DNA of 64,000 bases from Tubiluchus corallicola. Taxonomy: Eukaryota > Animalia > Priapulida. Below, one piece after another: positions 30,693 through 49,800 of the stretch. A program made the position numbers and the translations under genes. The stretch's first letter is position 1; each line of letters begins with the position of its first letter. The stretch covers positions 1 to 64,000 of the forward strand of contig JAQGDQ010000691.1 of assembly GCA_030141605.1 (NCBI GenBank), in the 5' to 3' direction. Under the pieces are notes generated by a model, which worked only from the letters and a program-made list of their open reading frames with translations, was not told the origin of the DNA and ran no database searches.

Positions 30693-31089
30693 TAGGGGTG
30701 AGCATCGAACGCTCGAATTCGATTCGAACGAGTTTTTTTTAGTTCGAACTCGATTCAAATCCAAAACTATAAATTCGAGTAATTCAGCACTTCAATCACA
30801 CATGTTCTTTATCACTAAAACGATTGAAACATCATGCAATTAGCATAATTTAGCTGTGATTTCTGCACGCAATTTTAAACAAATTACTAGTCGTTTTATT
30901 GCAGAACAAAATCTAGTGACATGCATGATTTTTATAAGACTAATTTTTACTGGTGATTCGAAAATCTTTCAATCTCAATTCGAATTCAGTTCGAATTCAA
31001 AACACTGAAGTTCGGTTCGACTCGAATTGGAAAGTCACAAATTCGGTTTGATTCGAATTCGCTTTCTGGTAAGAGAATGCTCACCCCTT
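30693..31089 (+). mobile_element. hAT-type MITE (same family as 1842-2270)
   Basis: TIR taggggtgagcat, perfect 8-bp TSD gtggtcgg (30685-30692, 31090-31097). Confidence 0.9.
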
Positions 31090-31687
31090 GTGGTCGGCAG
31101 ACAAAATTTTGTCGTCGTCATTTTACCCAAAATCGTGTATTCATTGGCAGATGGGTATTTGGAAAAATGGCATTTAAGCCACAAACTCTTTATTTGGCAG
31201 TTAAACTGAAACAAATTTTAATATTGATTTTTTTTTACCCAGTCTTATCGCTTACATGTCACTTTAGTCGCAACCAAAACCGGTGTTGTTGATATTGTTT
31301 TTTTTTGCAAGGTTGTTAGTCCTTTAGTCTCTTAGTTATTTTACAACTTTAGTCACTTAGTCGTTTTACAATTATGTTTGAAATAGTAGATTCGAAAGTC
31401 ACGTGTGTTTTACCATTTATATTGTAAGGATTGTTAATAGACAAACCTTTAAAATTTGTGAGTTAAAGTAGAAAAGCTACTGACTGGGGATTTTATATAA
31501 TTTAATTAATTTTCCACTTTGTTAGTCTGTATAAACTTGGTGTAATGTCACTTGGAAAAATTGTAGGTCATAGATTACAAGTGAGTAAAAATAGCTGAGT
31601 GGTCATGGTGTTTGTTTGGCGGTGAAGTTTTAGCAATACCAGGCCTGTCTAGTAAATGGATGGCAGGGTTCCCATGAAAACCTGTAA

Positions 31688-31997
31688 TATAGGTTTTACA
31701 CGTCAAATGTAGACCTACCTCAAGTTAAATGTAGATTTAGGTAATTCAAGTGTGTCTTGGTAGCTCAAATGTAGACTTAGGTAGTTCAAATGTGTCTTGG
31801 TAGCTCAAATGTGGACTTAGGTAGTTCAAATGTGTTAACAATGGTTTTCAACAAATCTTCAGCATTTTTGGTAAGTCAAATGTAGACACATGTCAAGTCA
31901 AATGTCCTATGTCTACATTTGACCTTCCTAAGTCACATTTGAGATACCAAAACACGTTCAAAATTCCTGTGTCTACATTTGACGTGTAAAACTTATA
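31688..31997. mobile_element. palindromic MITE with internal caaatgtagac repeats
   Basis: TIR tataggttttacacgtcaaatgtagac; second copy at 33123-33433; mirror at about 50886-51195. Confidence 0.8.
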
Positions 31998-32471
31998 CGT
32001 CTGCATTTAGATTATATGGAACGGTACAATTGTAGCAGTACGTTTGTTATTAACACTGATATTCTTAAAACTGCATCAGATTTGCATCGCTCTTTAAAAA
32101 TTATGTTCCGATTTCACAAGCGAGCATTCAGATATGCATCTTTGCAAGTCAGACACGCTGCCCTTTATTTCTCTTTGCTTTATTTTTGGCAAATGCCGGC
32201 AACAATTGATACCAGAATGTCGTACCATTTCCTGGAGAAAAGATGGAAGACAAAGCAAAGTGTTTGTAAACATTCATTCTCCGTCTTCTAGGGACGCAGT
32301 CAGTAGGGTAGAAATTCAGTCAAGTTTCTGTCTTGAACATTAGTAATAGTGTCATGTAGATCTGCAAAATGGACAGAGTGAATGATCATACTGAAGTGCT
32401 GATTGTTTTATTTTAATCACAAGTGTTTTGTATTTAATCTTATCAAGTTTTGATGTAAGTTACTCAACCAT

Positions 32472-32789
32472 CAGTGGCATAGCTAGAGTTCAGACTTTGC
32501 AAGGCTCAAAATTTGAATTTTTGTTTAAAACCCTGCAAGACTATTCTAATCCGTGTAGCAAGTTAATATCATTCTTGTGCAAACTGGCTTGTTTACTTGT
32601 GTTAAACTTGCTAGATGACAAAGCCAAGATGTGCTGGTGTGATCTCTGCTGTTCTGTGTAACTGTTTTAAGTGGTTTTGTCATCTGAAAATCATCAACAT
32701 TAAGAACTGAAATGACCACAATGATGACCAATGACCGGTATTGCGACATTGCTAGCCTTCCAGTGCAAACTCCGCTAGGTGTGCCACTG
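32472..32789. mobile_element. degenerate hAT-like MITE
   Basis: cagtggcatagctag...ctaggtgtgccactg inverted ends; no TSD seen. Confidence 0.45.
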
Positions 32790-33122
32790 TAGCGAACTGC
32801 TCAAATGATGTTCTTCGAAATGAGTTATATTCGAGGCATTGTTATAATTATTGTTATTGTGTAATGTGACTATATTTATAACAAGGTTGTCAATGCTCAA
32901 GTAGGTGTTGCTTATCTGTCGAATAATCGTCACTAATAGTCGAACACTGAAGTAGTCTTAACATACTGAAGATACATAACATAACATATTACAGTATTTC
33001 TGTTTTTAGTTCGTACACTGGTGTCTATAGACAGCGAGCATATTGTAAGCATATATCGATTTTAGTTGCGTGTTATGAGTACGTACAGTGGTCTTATTAT
33101 ACTTTCAGTATAAAAGCGCGTG

Positions 33123-33433
33123 TATAGGTTTTACACGTCAAATGTAGACCTACGTTAAGTCAAATGTAGATTTAGGTGATTCAAATGTGTCTTGGTAACT
33201 CAAATGTGGACTTAGGTAGTTCAAATGTGTTAACAATGGTTTTCAAGAAATCTTTAGCGATTTTGGTAAGTCAAATGTAGACACATGTCAAGTCAAATGT
33301 CCTATGTCTACATTTGGCTTACCTATGTCACATTGAGTTACCAAAACGCATTCGAAATTCTTATGTCTACATTTGACTTACCTAAGTCACATTTGAACTT
33401 TCCTGTGTCTACATTTGACGTGTAAAACCTATA
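33123..33433. mobile_element. palindromic MITE, second copy
   Basis: Perfect TIR tataggttttacacgtcaaatgtagac...gtctacatttgacgtgtaaaacctata; mirror at about 49450-49760. Confidence 0.85.
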
Positions 33434-33676
33434 GAATTGCTAATTATACAGTTACTATGAGTAACTTAATCGTAAGAATTTTAGTACTTTCACAAATTAT
33501 GCAGTGCGTCAGAAGTCCGGAGTAGTTGACAACCCGTTTTATGTAGGTTGGTTGTTATTATTTGCAATAAAATTATTTATTGCATTTAAACTTGTTCTGT
33601 TTATGAAGAATTCACGTTAATATTGTGCGTGCATGTGAATGATTTTACTCTGTTTCTGGTAAAATAGACGTAAATA

Positions 33677-34024
33677 CAGTCAACCCTCATTAAACCGGAC
33701 TAATTAGGGTGGGGGGGACCGGTTTAGCCGATTGTCCGATATGCCTATATATGGTCTATATTATACAGGAATAATCACCTTAATAAGGCCTATATACTGT
33801 GCACTATATACTATACTGCGCTATATATATTACTTTAAAATAGTTAACCTGTGAGGATAAAGAAATTAATGTACAGTTTAAATAAAAAATAACTTCGGCC
33901 CGTCAATGGCTCGTGGTGAGTTGGTAGGCCGTGTTGTATTTAGCGCGCCTGCTCGGTCGGAAATCGGTCAGTTTCCTTTACCGATATCCGGGCTAACGGA
34001 GTCCGGTTTAACGAGGGTCGACTG
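33677..34024. mobile_element. Tc1/mariner (pogo/Tigger-like) MITE
   Basis: TIR cagtcaaccctcattaaaccggac...gtccggtttaacgagggtcgactg with TA flanks; mirror at 48859-49206. Confidence 0.85.
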
Positions 34025-34145
34025 TACATAAATTATGAGTTATGAGCGCATTGATGCAGACAAAATTGAGCATGTAACAATAGCAATTCGAACACAATTT
34101 AAATACCCTAACCTTAATATCACAAACTAACCTTAATATCACAAA

Positions 34146-34411
34146 CTAATTTCTTGCATGTGGGAAGTGTAAACTTTAGCCCACGTAACGAGAATGGGCT
34201 AAAGTGCCACCAGAATTTTTTGTGACTGCTAAAGAGCAAACACTAAGAAAGAATTGTTCGTACAAAAACAACACTGCAGGTAACACTAATTTCTTGCATG
34301 TGGGAAATGTAAACTTTAGCCCACGCAACGAGAATGGGCTAAAGTGCCACCAGCATTTTTTGTGACTGCTAAAGAGCAAAGACTAAGAAAGAAATTGTTC
34401 GTACAAAAACA
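34146..34411. repeat. about 139-bp tandem duplication
   Basis: actaatttcttgcatgtgggaa...aattgttcgtacaaaaacaa twice. Confidence 0.85.
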
Positions 34412-35990
34412 AGGAACAATTTTTATATTTAAGTACATATAATTTATTACACTGCACAGGTAACAATGTACACTTAACATTAATCTCTATAGGGTGATTG
34501 AAAACATAAATTAATGGACTGTACAATCATTTGACAATAAATACAGTAGTTATTACAATATAAAAAAGCAGCAGATTTCAAAAAAGACGGACATTTTTCA
34601 TGGAGGTGATCTCCTCGTGGAGGATGAGGTTATTGCTAGAATCGACTCACAATTAACGACAAGAGATCAATACAGCAAAAGTATTTATACTGCATTTATG
34701 AAACAAGTACAAAGCCTGGTTATTTGGATTATCAATGTGTTGCACAAACTGCTTTACACCTGTGGCCATGTATAAAAATTATTTAACAAATATGGTTAGA
34801 TTTAACAGTTACACTGGTTACTTAGTGTATTTAAGTATATGAAACAAGTGGAATTCGTTGAAACCTGTGATTTCCTATGGCCTTAAAATGAGAAAAAAGC
34901 AATACGTGGCTTGGAAAGTGCATGGATAGGTGACTGATTGAAAATCTACAACAGAGAGACTTTTGAAGCATCACAAACAGAACAAGATATATCGAAAGGG
35001 GGCAAAGAGCGACCTAAAAATATCAGTGGATCAATTGTCTGTCCAATTCATCTCAATGAGTTCCAACTAATATTTAAATACAAAAAAACGCAGTCCGTTT
35101 AGATCGAGTGACAGCGGAACTTTTACAATAAGGCAACTTACACTAAAAATATAAAAAATTCCTTAGCAAAAGCATAAAAGGGAAATAAAATAGAACATGA
35201 AGAAGAAGAAACATGTCCATGTTTTGATTTGACAGTGAAAATCGCAACTGATTATAATGATTACCATTTTAATAACGTGAAGTTTTGATTATGTGGCATC
35301 CATTGCTGATGTACAGAATCTGAGAAAAGAACTTTCTTAACTTTTGTCTTATTCCCTGTTATACCTTTGCTAAGAATAGATGTATCAATTTCAATATTAT
35401 ACTAGTAATAAATATCATTGTTTATATTACACATGCTTAAGGCTTCAACAGTGAGGCAGATCACCTAGGGTCATAGCTGGGGTCATGTGGAGCCATGACA
35501 GCCGAGGCCACTTGCACCTAGGGTCATAGCTGGGGTCACTTGGAGCCATTACAGCTGAGGTCACTTGCATGTCTATTATTAATGAAAATCATGCGGGGTG
35601 AAGATTGACAAAGGTGCAAACTAAAGATAAATAAAGAATTAAATCTAATGTTATCGTTATAATATTTACAAATACAATAAACATGCCTTTCAAAAACAGA
35701 GAGTCAATCTGCTGCACATTTAACCCCCCCACACTTGCTGACTATTTTAATTTTACTGTGAAGCCGCCTACAAGACGACATCATGAATCCGCCTACATCT
35801 GTGACATGAAGCTAAAGCTGCAAAGTTGATGGAAAACGTGTTACCAAAATTCTTTTAACTCACAGCATAAATTTAAATATCTCAAGAAACTCTGCCCAAT
35901 TTCACACCAAAATCAAATTCGTATTCTGCATACTTGAACCAGATCTATGCATAATGAGGGAAAAACATCGTATTATTACGACGGGCGATG

Positions 35991-36368
35991 GCGGAGATGA
36001 GGATGTTGAGATGGATGGTGGGAGTAACAAGAAGGGATAAAATCAGGAATAGTAATATTAGAGGAACAGTGAAAGTAGTGGAAGCCTCGAAAAAGATACA
36101 AGAGGCAAGATTGCGATGGTATGGGCACCTGAAAAGAAGATCACGTGGTGAGGGTGAAGTCGGTGAAGATCACGTGGGAAGGGAGGTCATGGAAATGGAA
36201 GTGCTGGGAAATAGAAGAAGAGGACGACCCAAGCGGAGATGGATTGAATGTATTAATGGAGACCTTAGAGAGAAGAACATAAATGAAGAGATGGTGAACA
36301 ACAGGAATGCATGGAGAAGACTTATTCACAACGGCGACCCCGCATAGGGAAAAGCTGGGAAAAAGAAG
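35991..36368 (+). mobile_element. 5'-truncated RTE-clade LINE
   Basis: AEMRMLRWMVGVTRRDKIRN...RLRWYGHLKRR...RRRGRPKRRW is the typical RTE ORF C-terminus; 16-bp TSD attacgacgggcgatg / attatgatgggcgatg (two CpG transitions). Confidence 0.9.
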
Positions 36369-36839
36369 ATTATGATGGGCGATGAGAGCTTTGAAAGCCC
36401 TACTTCTCTTGTAAGTATATTTTGTCAACAGGTTTCTCGAAATCAGAAGTCAAGCCTGGCAACAACTTCATTTATGCTTACGAAAATGAATGACTTTACT
36501 AATATAATGAAAAAAGAAGTACTTCGTCTAATTCACTACATTTTCAACAAACTCTGAAGTAAGTGTCAAGCAAAAAATTGATACAAAATTAGGCAGAATT
36601 CTACGGACCATGGAGTCCTAAGGTAGGTAAAGAAATCAAAAATATACTACTACAAATGAGAATTTTAATAAAAATTGAAGAATTTGTCAGATGCAATAGA
36701 ACAGCGGAAACATCTAACTTCTTGTAAGCAGCTTCACAACATTTAAATTTGCTATCAAACATAAATCACTAAAAAACTTTTTGTATGGCAGTTACGTGTA
36801 TTTTACAGTAAAAATCACGATGGACAGTTAAACTGTTTG

Positions 36840-42191
<5,352 letters not shown>

Positions 42192-43025
42192 GGGAAGATG
42201 CGTACCAGTTCACAAACTGTGGTTAGTTACTGACGTAAGCAATAGCTGTGCTTGGTTGCCGTTAATTAACTTTCTAAGCTAATTTTTCAAATATAAAGAC
42301 AATTGCTAACTTTTACAGGCACGAAATGGTATATTTTGGACAGTAAATAAAATGAGATTGAATCTAATCAATTGTCTGGTTTTCCTTTAAGTTGTCGTCA
42401 GTGAATTATTCTTATCATCATCATTAAATAGCAAAGGGCTCAGCAGTTAAGCAACACTAACGCACTTGGTGAGAAGAGTTGCTAATAAGCCTTTTCACGG
42501 TACCAGCGATTGATGGTGATCGTAAAAAGGTCAAAGGTCAACGAACCAAACAACTCATTTATGTACACTTAACGATGCCTCGCACTCTATGCTATTGTAA
42601 TAGTGACAGTTTTAACAGCTAGCTAGAACCTTACTTGGTTCATTTTTTCTTGTTCCCAAGCAAGATTCTGCTAGTAAATCACTATTATGGTTACTATAAA
42701 GATTACTATTATGATCACTATAAAGATTTTTCACCATCGTGAACTGATGCGGCAAACAGCTTTGCTTTACCCGCATGTCGCGTAGCTGCTGTAGTTGAGA
42801 CGCATTTTGGTTGTTTTGAATGAATAATTTGCAAGTTTTGGTTGAATAATTTGAATGAAACTAAAATCATCTTTCATAACAGTTTATGCTGTTAGTTTAA
42901 ACATAAATTCTTTTACACGTTCTCCATAGATAGTTACACGTGCTTATAACTATTTCTGCTGTTTTTCTAGGAATATATAAGGACCAGTGGCCCGGTGTTG
43001 CCGTCTTTTTACAAAATGCTTTCAT

Positions 43026-43445
43026 ATTCTTTAGGTAAGTTTCCCCTAACTTATGGGATTCTTTGGGTAAGTTTCCCCTGACTTATGGGATTCTTTAGGT
43101 AAGTTTCCCCTAACTTATGGGATTCTTTGGGTAAGTTTCCCCTGACTTATGGGATTCTTTAGGTAAGTTTCCCCTAACTTATGGGATTCTTTGGGTAAGG
43201 TTCCCCTGACTTATGGGATTCTTTAGGTAAGTTTCCCCTAACTTATGGGATTCTTTGGGTAAGTTTCCCCTGACTTATGGGATTCTTTAGGTAAGTTTCC
43301 CCTAACTTATGGGATTCTTTAGGTAAGTTTCCCCTAACTTATGGGATTCTTTAGGTAAGTTTCCCCTAACTTATGGGATTCTTTGGGTAAGTTTTCCACT
43401 GACTTGTGGGATTCTTTAGGTAAGTTTCCCACTGACTTATGGGAT
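43026..43445 (+). repeat. mirror copy of the 32-bp splice-junction minisatellite
   Basis: gtaag at 43035, 43067, 43099 ... 43420. Confidence 0.95.
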
Positions 43446-46034
43446 GAATAAGAACTTCGTTTGCACAGGAACGCATCCTCTGATTGTGTCTCCTAACTTT
43501 TCTAACATCATCTTTGTTAGAAGTTTTCGTCATCATTAACTTTTATGCCATTTGATTTGTTTGCATTTCTCGAAAAATTCGTAGCTCAAAAGTCAGTCTG
43601 CTAGTAAAAAACAGCTAACACAATGTGTAACTGGTATCAGTATTATCATTAGTAGTATGTTTTATCATTCACTGTATGAATACCTTTGTGTCATAATTAT
43701 TAACATTCCATGACTGATAAGAAAGTTTGTGATCCTGTATTGGGGAGTAAAACCTAGGCTGGAGTGCTCCCGGTTTTCAATCCCGACTCCCCTCTTTTCA
43801 CATGTCTATAGTAGGCCTTCTTTATTTAATTAACCATGCAGGTTATTTTGTTCATTTGACTGTACAATCTTGACACAATTAATGATTTGCTGCTGCTATT
43901 AGACTGATCAATTACTGGTCACATTAGATGGACCTGTAAAAAAACACTATTATAATTAACTTGAATAAGTTTCTAAGCCATTTTTACATTATGTAATTCC
44001 CTATGAAATTTACGCCCCATTTGTCACATTCTCATTTGTTCCGATATTTCCCGGAGATTTGCCCCCAGCTTCCAGCTTCTCATAATTTGGCAGTTTCAAG
44101 GGGCAATAATCTACTAGTTTATTTTTGCACTTCAGTTCCAGCATTTAAATTGACTTTAACGCCCACTATACGTATTTTACTGCTAGAAGAAAATGCTAAC
44201 TGAACACAGCCCTATCAACTGTTGCTATGGTAGTTTAGAAGCTGAAGGGAAGCTTAGTGCCTACAGAGGGCAGCACATGTTGGAATGACTAAACTAGTAA
44301 ACCTCCTCAGTTAATGGATGTTTTTCCAATAATGCATGCTATATAGGGGACAGAGTGTATCTTTTGGACTGACTACCCTTTCTCTAATTAGTTTGTTGTG
44401 AGGAGGGTTTAAAACTGAACTTTTCCCTTCAATTCAATTCAATTTATTTTTACCGAACTTTTCCTTTATTCCACAACTTCTAATGCTTTCAGACGGTTTC
44501 CTCTTACTTACCAGAACAGGCCACCAGAAACTTGTAAGAATTCGTGTGCACTAAGAATTTTATTTACAAAATGGTGCTGCCATCTATGTCAAAGTAATGG
44601 AAACTAATCTAGCTGTAATGTTTTTTGCTATAATTTACGTTATATTACTGTTTTTCACGTTGCTTGTATGTTTTCTTTCAGTGCATTGATATTCAAGTTT
44701 GGAAGAACTGAAGACTTGTGGGATTCTTTAGGTAAGTTTCCCACTGACTTATGGGATGAATAAGAACTTCGTTTGCACAGGAACGCATCCTCTGATTGTG
44801 TCTCCTAACTTTTCTAACATCATCTTTGTTAGAAGTTTTCGTCATCATTAACTTTTATGCCATTTGATTTGTTTGCATTTCTCGAAAAATTCGTAGCTCA
44901 AAAGTCAGTCTGCTAGTAAAAAACAGCTAACACAATGTGTAACTGGTATCAGTATTATCATTAGTAGTATGTTTTATCATTCACTGTATGAATACCTTTG
45001 TGTCATAATTATTAACATTCCATGACTGATAAGAAAGTTTGTGATCCTGTATTGGGGAGTAAAACCTAGGCTGGAGTGCTCCCGGTTTTCAATCCCGACT
45101 CCCCTCTTTTCACATGTCTATAGTAGGCCTTCTTTATTTAATTAACCATGCAGGTTATTTTGTTCATTTGACTGTACAATCTTGACACAATTAATGATTT
45201 GCTGCTGCTATTAGACTGATCAATTACTGGTCACATTAGATGGACCTGTAAAAAAACACTATTATAATTAACTTGAATAAGTTTCTAAGCCATTTTTACA
45301 TTATGTAATTCCCTATGAAATTTACGCCCCATTTGTCACATTCTCATTTGTTCCGATATTTCCCGGAGATTTGCCCCCAGCTTCCAGCTTCTCATAATTT
45401 GGCAGTTTCAAGGGGCAATAATCTACTAGTTTATTTTTGCACTTCAGTTCCAGCATTTAAATTGACTTTAACGCCCACTATACGTATTTTACTGCTAGAA
45501 GAAAATGCTAACTGAACACAGCCCTATCAACTGTTGCTATGGTAGTTTAGAAGCTGAAGGGAAGCTTAGTGCCTACAGAGGGCAGCACATGTTGGAATGA
45601 CTAAACTAGTAAACCTCCTCAGTTAATGGATGTTTTTCCAATAATGCATGCTATATAGGGGACAGAGTGTATCTTTTGGACTGACTACCCTTTCTCTAAT
45701 TAGTTTGTTGTGAGGAGGGTTTAAAACTGAACTTTTCCCTTCAATTCAATTCAATTTATTTTTACCGAACTTTTCCTTTATTCCACAACTTCTAATGCTT
45801 TCAGACGGTTTCCTCTTACTTACCAGAACAGGCCACCAGAAACTTGTAAGAATTCGTGTGCACTAAGAATTTTATTTACAAAATGGTGCTGCCATCTATG
45901 TCAAAGTAATGGAAACTAATCTAGCTGTAATGTTTTTTGCTATAATTTACGTTATATTACTGTTTTTCACGTTGCTTGTATGTTTTCTTTCAGTGCATTG
46001 ATATTCAAGTTTGGAAGAACTGAAGACTTGTGGG
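43401..46034. repeat. mirror copy of the 1312-bp tandem duplication
   Basis: gacttgtggg at 43401, 44713 and 46025. Confidence 0.95.
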
Positions 46035-46510
46035 GTTAGCAAACAGTTTAACTGTCCATCGTGATTTTTACTGTAAAATACACATAACTGCCATACAAAA
46101 AGTTTTTTAGTGATTTATGTTTGATAGCAAATTTAAATGTTGTGAAGCTGCTTACAAGAAGTTAGATGTTTCCGCTGCTCTGTTACATCTGACAAATTCT
46201 TCAATTTTTATTAAAATTCTCATTTGTAGTAGTATATTTTTGATTTCTTTACCTACCTTAGGACTCCATGGTCCGTAGAATTCTGCCTAATTTTGTATCA
46301 ATTTTTTGCTTGACACTTACTTCAGAGTTTGTTGAAAATGTAGTGAATTAGACGAAGTACTTCTTTTTTCATTATATTAGTAAAGTCATTCATTTTCGTA
46401 AGCATAAATGAAGTTGTTGCCAGGCTTGACTTCTGATTTCGAGAAACCTGTTGACAAAATATACTTACAAGAGAAGTAGGGCTTTCAAAGCTCTCATCGC
46501 CCATCATAAT

Positions 46511-46888
46511 CTTCTTTTTCCCAGCTTTTCCCTATGCGGGGTCGCCGTTGTGAATAAGTCTTCTCCATGCATTCCTGTTGTTCACCATCTCTTCATTTAT
46601 GTTCTTCTCTCTAAGGTCTCCATTAATACATTCAATCCATCTCCGCTTGGGTCGTCCTCTTCTTCTATTTCCCAGCACTTCCATTTCCATGACCTCCCTT
46701 CCCACGTGATCTTCACCGACTTCACCCTCACCACGTGATCTTCTTTTCAGGTGCCCATACCATCGCAATCTTGCCTCTTGTATCTTTTTCGAGGCTTCCA
46801 CTACTTTCACTGTTCCTCTAATATTACTATTCCTGATTTTATCCCTTCTTGTTACTCCCACCATCCATCTCAACATCCTCATCTCCGC
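46511..46888 (-). mobile_element. mirror copy of the truncated RTE LINE
   Basis: ORF 46532-46891 identical in protein to 35988-36347. Confidence 0.9.
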
Positions 46889-49800
46889 CATCGCCCGTCG
46901 TAATAATACGATGTTTTTCCCTCATTATGCATAGATCTGGTTCAAGTATGCAGAATACGAATTTGATTTTGGTGTGAAATTGGGCAGAGTTTCTTGAGAT
47001 ATTTAAATTTATGCTGTGAGTTAAAAGAATTTTGGTAACACGTTTTCCATCAACTTTGCAGCTTTAGCTTCATGTCACAGATGTAGGCGGATTCATGATG
47101 TCGTTTTGTAGGCGGCTTCACAGTAAAATTAAAATAGTCAGCAAGTGTGGGGGGGGGGGTTAAATGTGCATCAGACTGACTCTCTGATTTTGAAAGGCAT
47201 GTTTATTGTATTTGTAAATATTATGATGATAACATTAGATTTAATTCTTTATTTATCTTTAGTTTGCACCTTTGTCAATCTTCACCCCGCATGATTTTCA
47301 TTAATAATAGACATGCAAGTGACCTCAGCTGTAATGGCTCCAAGTGACCCCAGCTATGACCCTAGGTGCAAGTGGCCTCGGCTGTCATGGCTCCACATGA
47401 CCCCAGCTATGACCCTAGGTGATCTGCCTCACTGTTGAAGCCTTAAGCATGTGTAATATAAACAATGATATTTATTACTAGTATAATATTGAAATTGATA
47501 CATCTATTCTTAGCAAAGGTATAACAGGGAATAAGACAAAAGTTAAGAAAGTTCTTTTCTCAGATTCTGTACATCAGCAATGGATGCCACATAATCAAAA
47601 CTTCACGTTATTAAAATGGTAATCATTATAATCAGTTGCGATTTTCACTGTCAAATCAAAACATGGACATGTTTCTTCTTCTTCATGTTCTATTTTATTT
47701 CCCTTTTATGCTTTTGCTAAGGAATTTTTTATATTTTTAGTGTAAGTTGCCTTATTGTAAAAGTTCCGCTGTCACTCGATCTAAACGGACTGCGTTTTTT
47801 TGTATTTAAATATTAGTTGGAACTCATTGAGATGAATTGGACAGACAATTGATCCACTGATATTTTTAGGTCGCTCTTTGCCCCCTTTCGATATATCTTG
47901 TTCTGTTTGTGATGCTTCAAAAGTCTCTCTGTTGTAGATTTTCAATCAGTCACCTATCCATGCACTTTCCAAGCCACGTATTGCTTTTTTCTCATTTTAA
48001 GGCCATAGGGAATCACAGGTTTCAACGAATTCCACTTGTTTCATATACTTAAATACACTAAGTAACCAGTGTAACTGTTAAATCTAACCATATTTGTTAA
48101 ATAATTTTTATACATGGCCACAGGTGTAAAGCAGTTTGTGCAACACATTGATAATCCAAATAACCAGGCTTTGTACTTGTTTCATAAATGCAGTATAAAT
48201 ACTTTTGCTGTATTGATCTCTTGTCGTTAATTGTGAGTCGATTCTAGCAATAACCTCATCCTCCACGAGGAGATCACCTCCATGAAAAATGTCCGTCTTT
48301 TTTGAAATCTGCTGCTTTTTTATATTGTAATAACTACTGTATTTATTGTCAAATGATTGTACAGTCCATTAATTTATGTTTTCAATCACCCTATAGAGAT
48401 TAATGTTAAGTGTACATTGTTACCTGTGCAGTGTAATAAATTATATGTACTTAAATATAAAAATTGTTCCTTGTTTTTGTACGAACAATTTCTTTCTTAG
48501 TCTTTGCTCTTTAGCAGTCACAAAAAATGCTGGTGGCACTTTAGCCCATTCTCGTTGCGTGGGCTAAAGTTTACATTTCCCACATGCAAGAAATTAGTGT
48601 TACCTGCAGTGTTGTTTTTGTACGAACAATTCTTTCTTAGTGTTTGCTCTTTAGCAGTCACAAAAAATTCTGGTGGCACTTTAGCCCATTCTCGTTACGT
48701 GGGCTAAAGTTTACACTTCCCACATGCAAGAAATTAGTTTGTGATATTAAGGTTAGTTTGTGATATTAAGGTTAGGGTATTTAAATTGTGTTCGAATTGC
48801 TATTGTTACATGCTCAATTTTGTCTGCATCAATGCGCTCATAACTCATAATTTATGTACAGTCGACCCTCGTTAAACCGGACTCCGTTAGCCCGGATATC
48901 GGTAAAGGAAACTGACCGATTTCCGACCGAGCAGGCGCGCTAAATACAACACGGCCTACCAACTCACCACGAGCCATTGACGGGCCGAAGTTATTTTTTA
49001 TTTAAACTGTACATTAATTTCTTTATCCTCACAGGTTAACTATTTTAAAGTAATATATATAGCGCAGTATAGTATATAGTGCACAGTATATAGGCCTTAT
49101 TAAGGTGATTATTCCTGTATAATATAGACCATATATAGGCATATCGGACAATCGGCTAAACCGGTCCCCCCCACCCTAATTAGTCCGGTTTAATGAGGGT
49201 TGACTGTATTTACGTCTATTTTACCAGAAACAGAGTAAAATCATTCACATGCACGCACAATATTAACGTGAATTCTTCATAAACAGAACAAGTTTAAATG
49301 CAATAAATAATTTTATTGCAAATAATAACAACCAACCTACATAAAACGGGTTGTCAACTACTCCGGACTTCTGACGCACTGCATAATTTGTGAAAGTACT
49401 AAAATTCTTACGATTAAGTTACTCATAGTAACTGTATAATTAGCAATTCTATAGGTTTTACACGTCAAATGTAGACACAGGAAAGTTCAAATGTGACTTA
49501 GGTAAGTCAAATGTAGACATAAGAATTTCGAATGCGTTTTGGTAACTCAATGTGACATAGGTAAGCCAAATGTAGACATAGGACATTTGACTTGACATGT
49601 GTCTACATTTGACTTACCAAAATCGCTAAAGATTTCTTGAAAACCATTGTTAACACATTTGAACTACCTAAGTCCACATTTGAGTTACCAAGACACATTT
49701 GAATCACCTAAATCTACATTTGACTTAACGTAGGTCTACATTTGACGTGTAAAACCTATACACGCGCTTTTATACTGAAAGTATAATAAGACCACTGTAC

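Larger units (their letters stand above)
42971..46039 (+). pseudogene. TMEM50: inverted partial copy of TMEM50 (exons 42971-43034, 44682-44763, 45994-46039) with no upstream exons
   Basis: Reverse complement of 36840-39908; the preceding exon lies in the spacer on the opposite strand. Confidence 0.75.
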
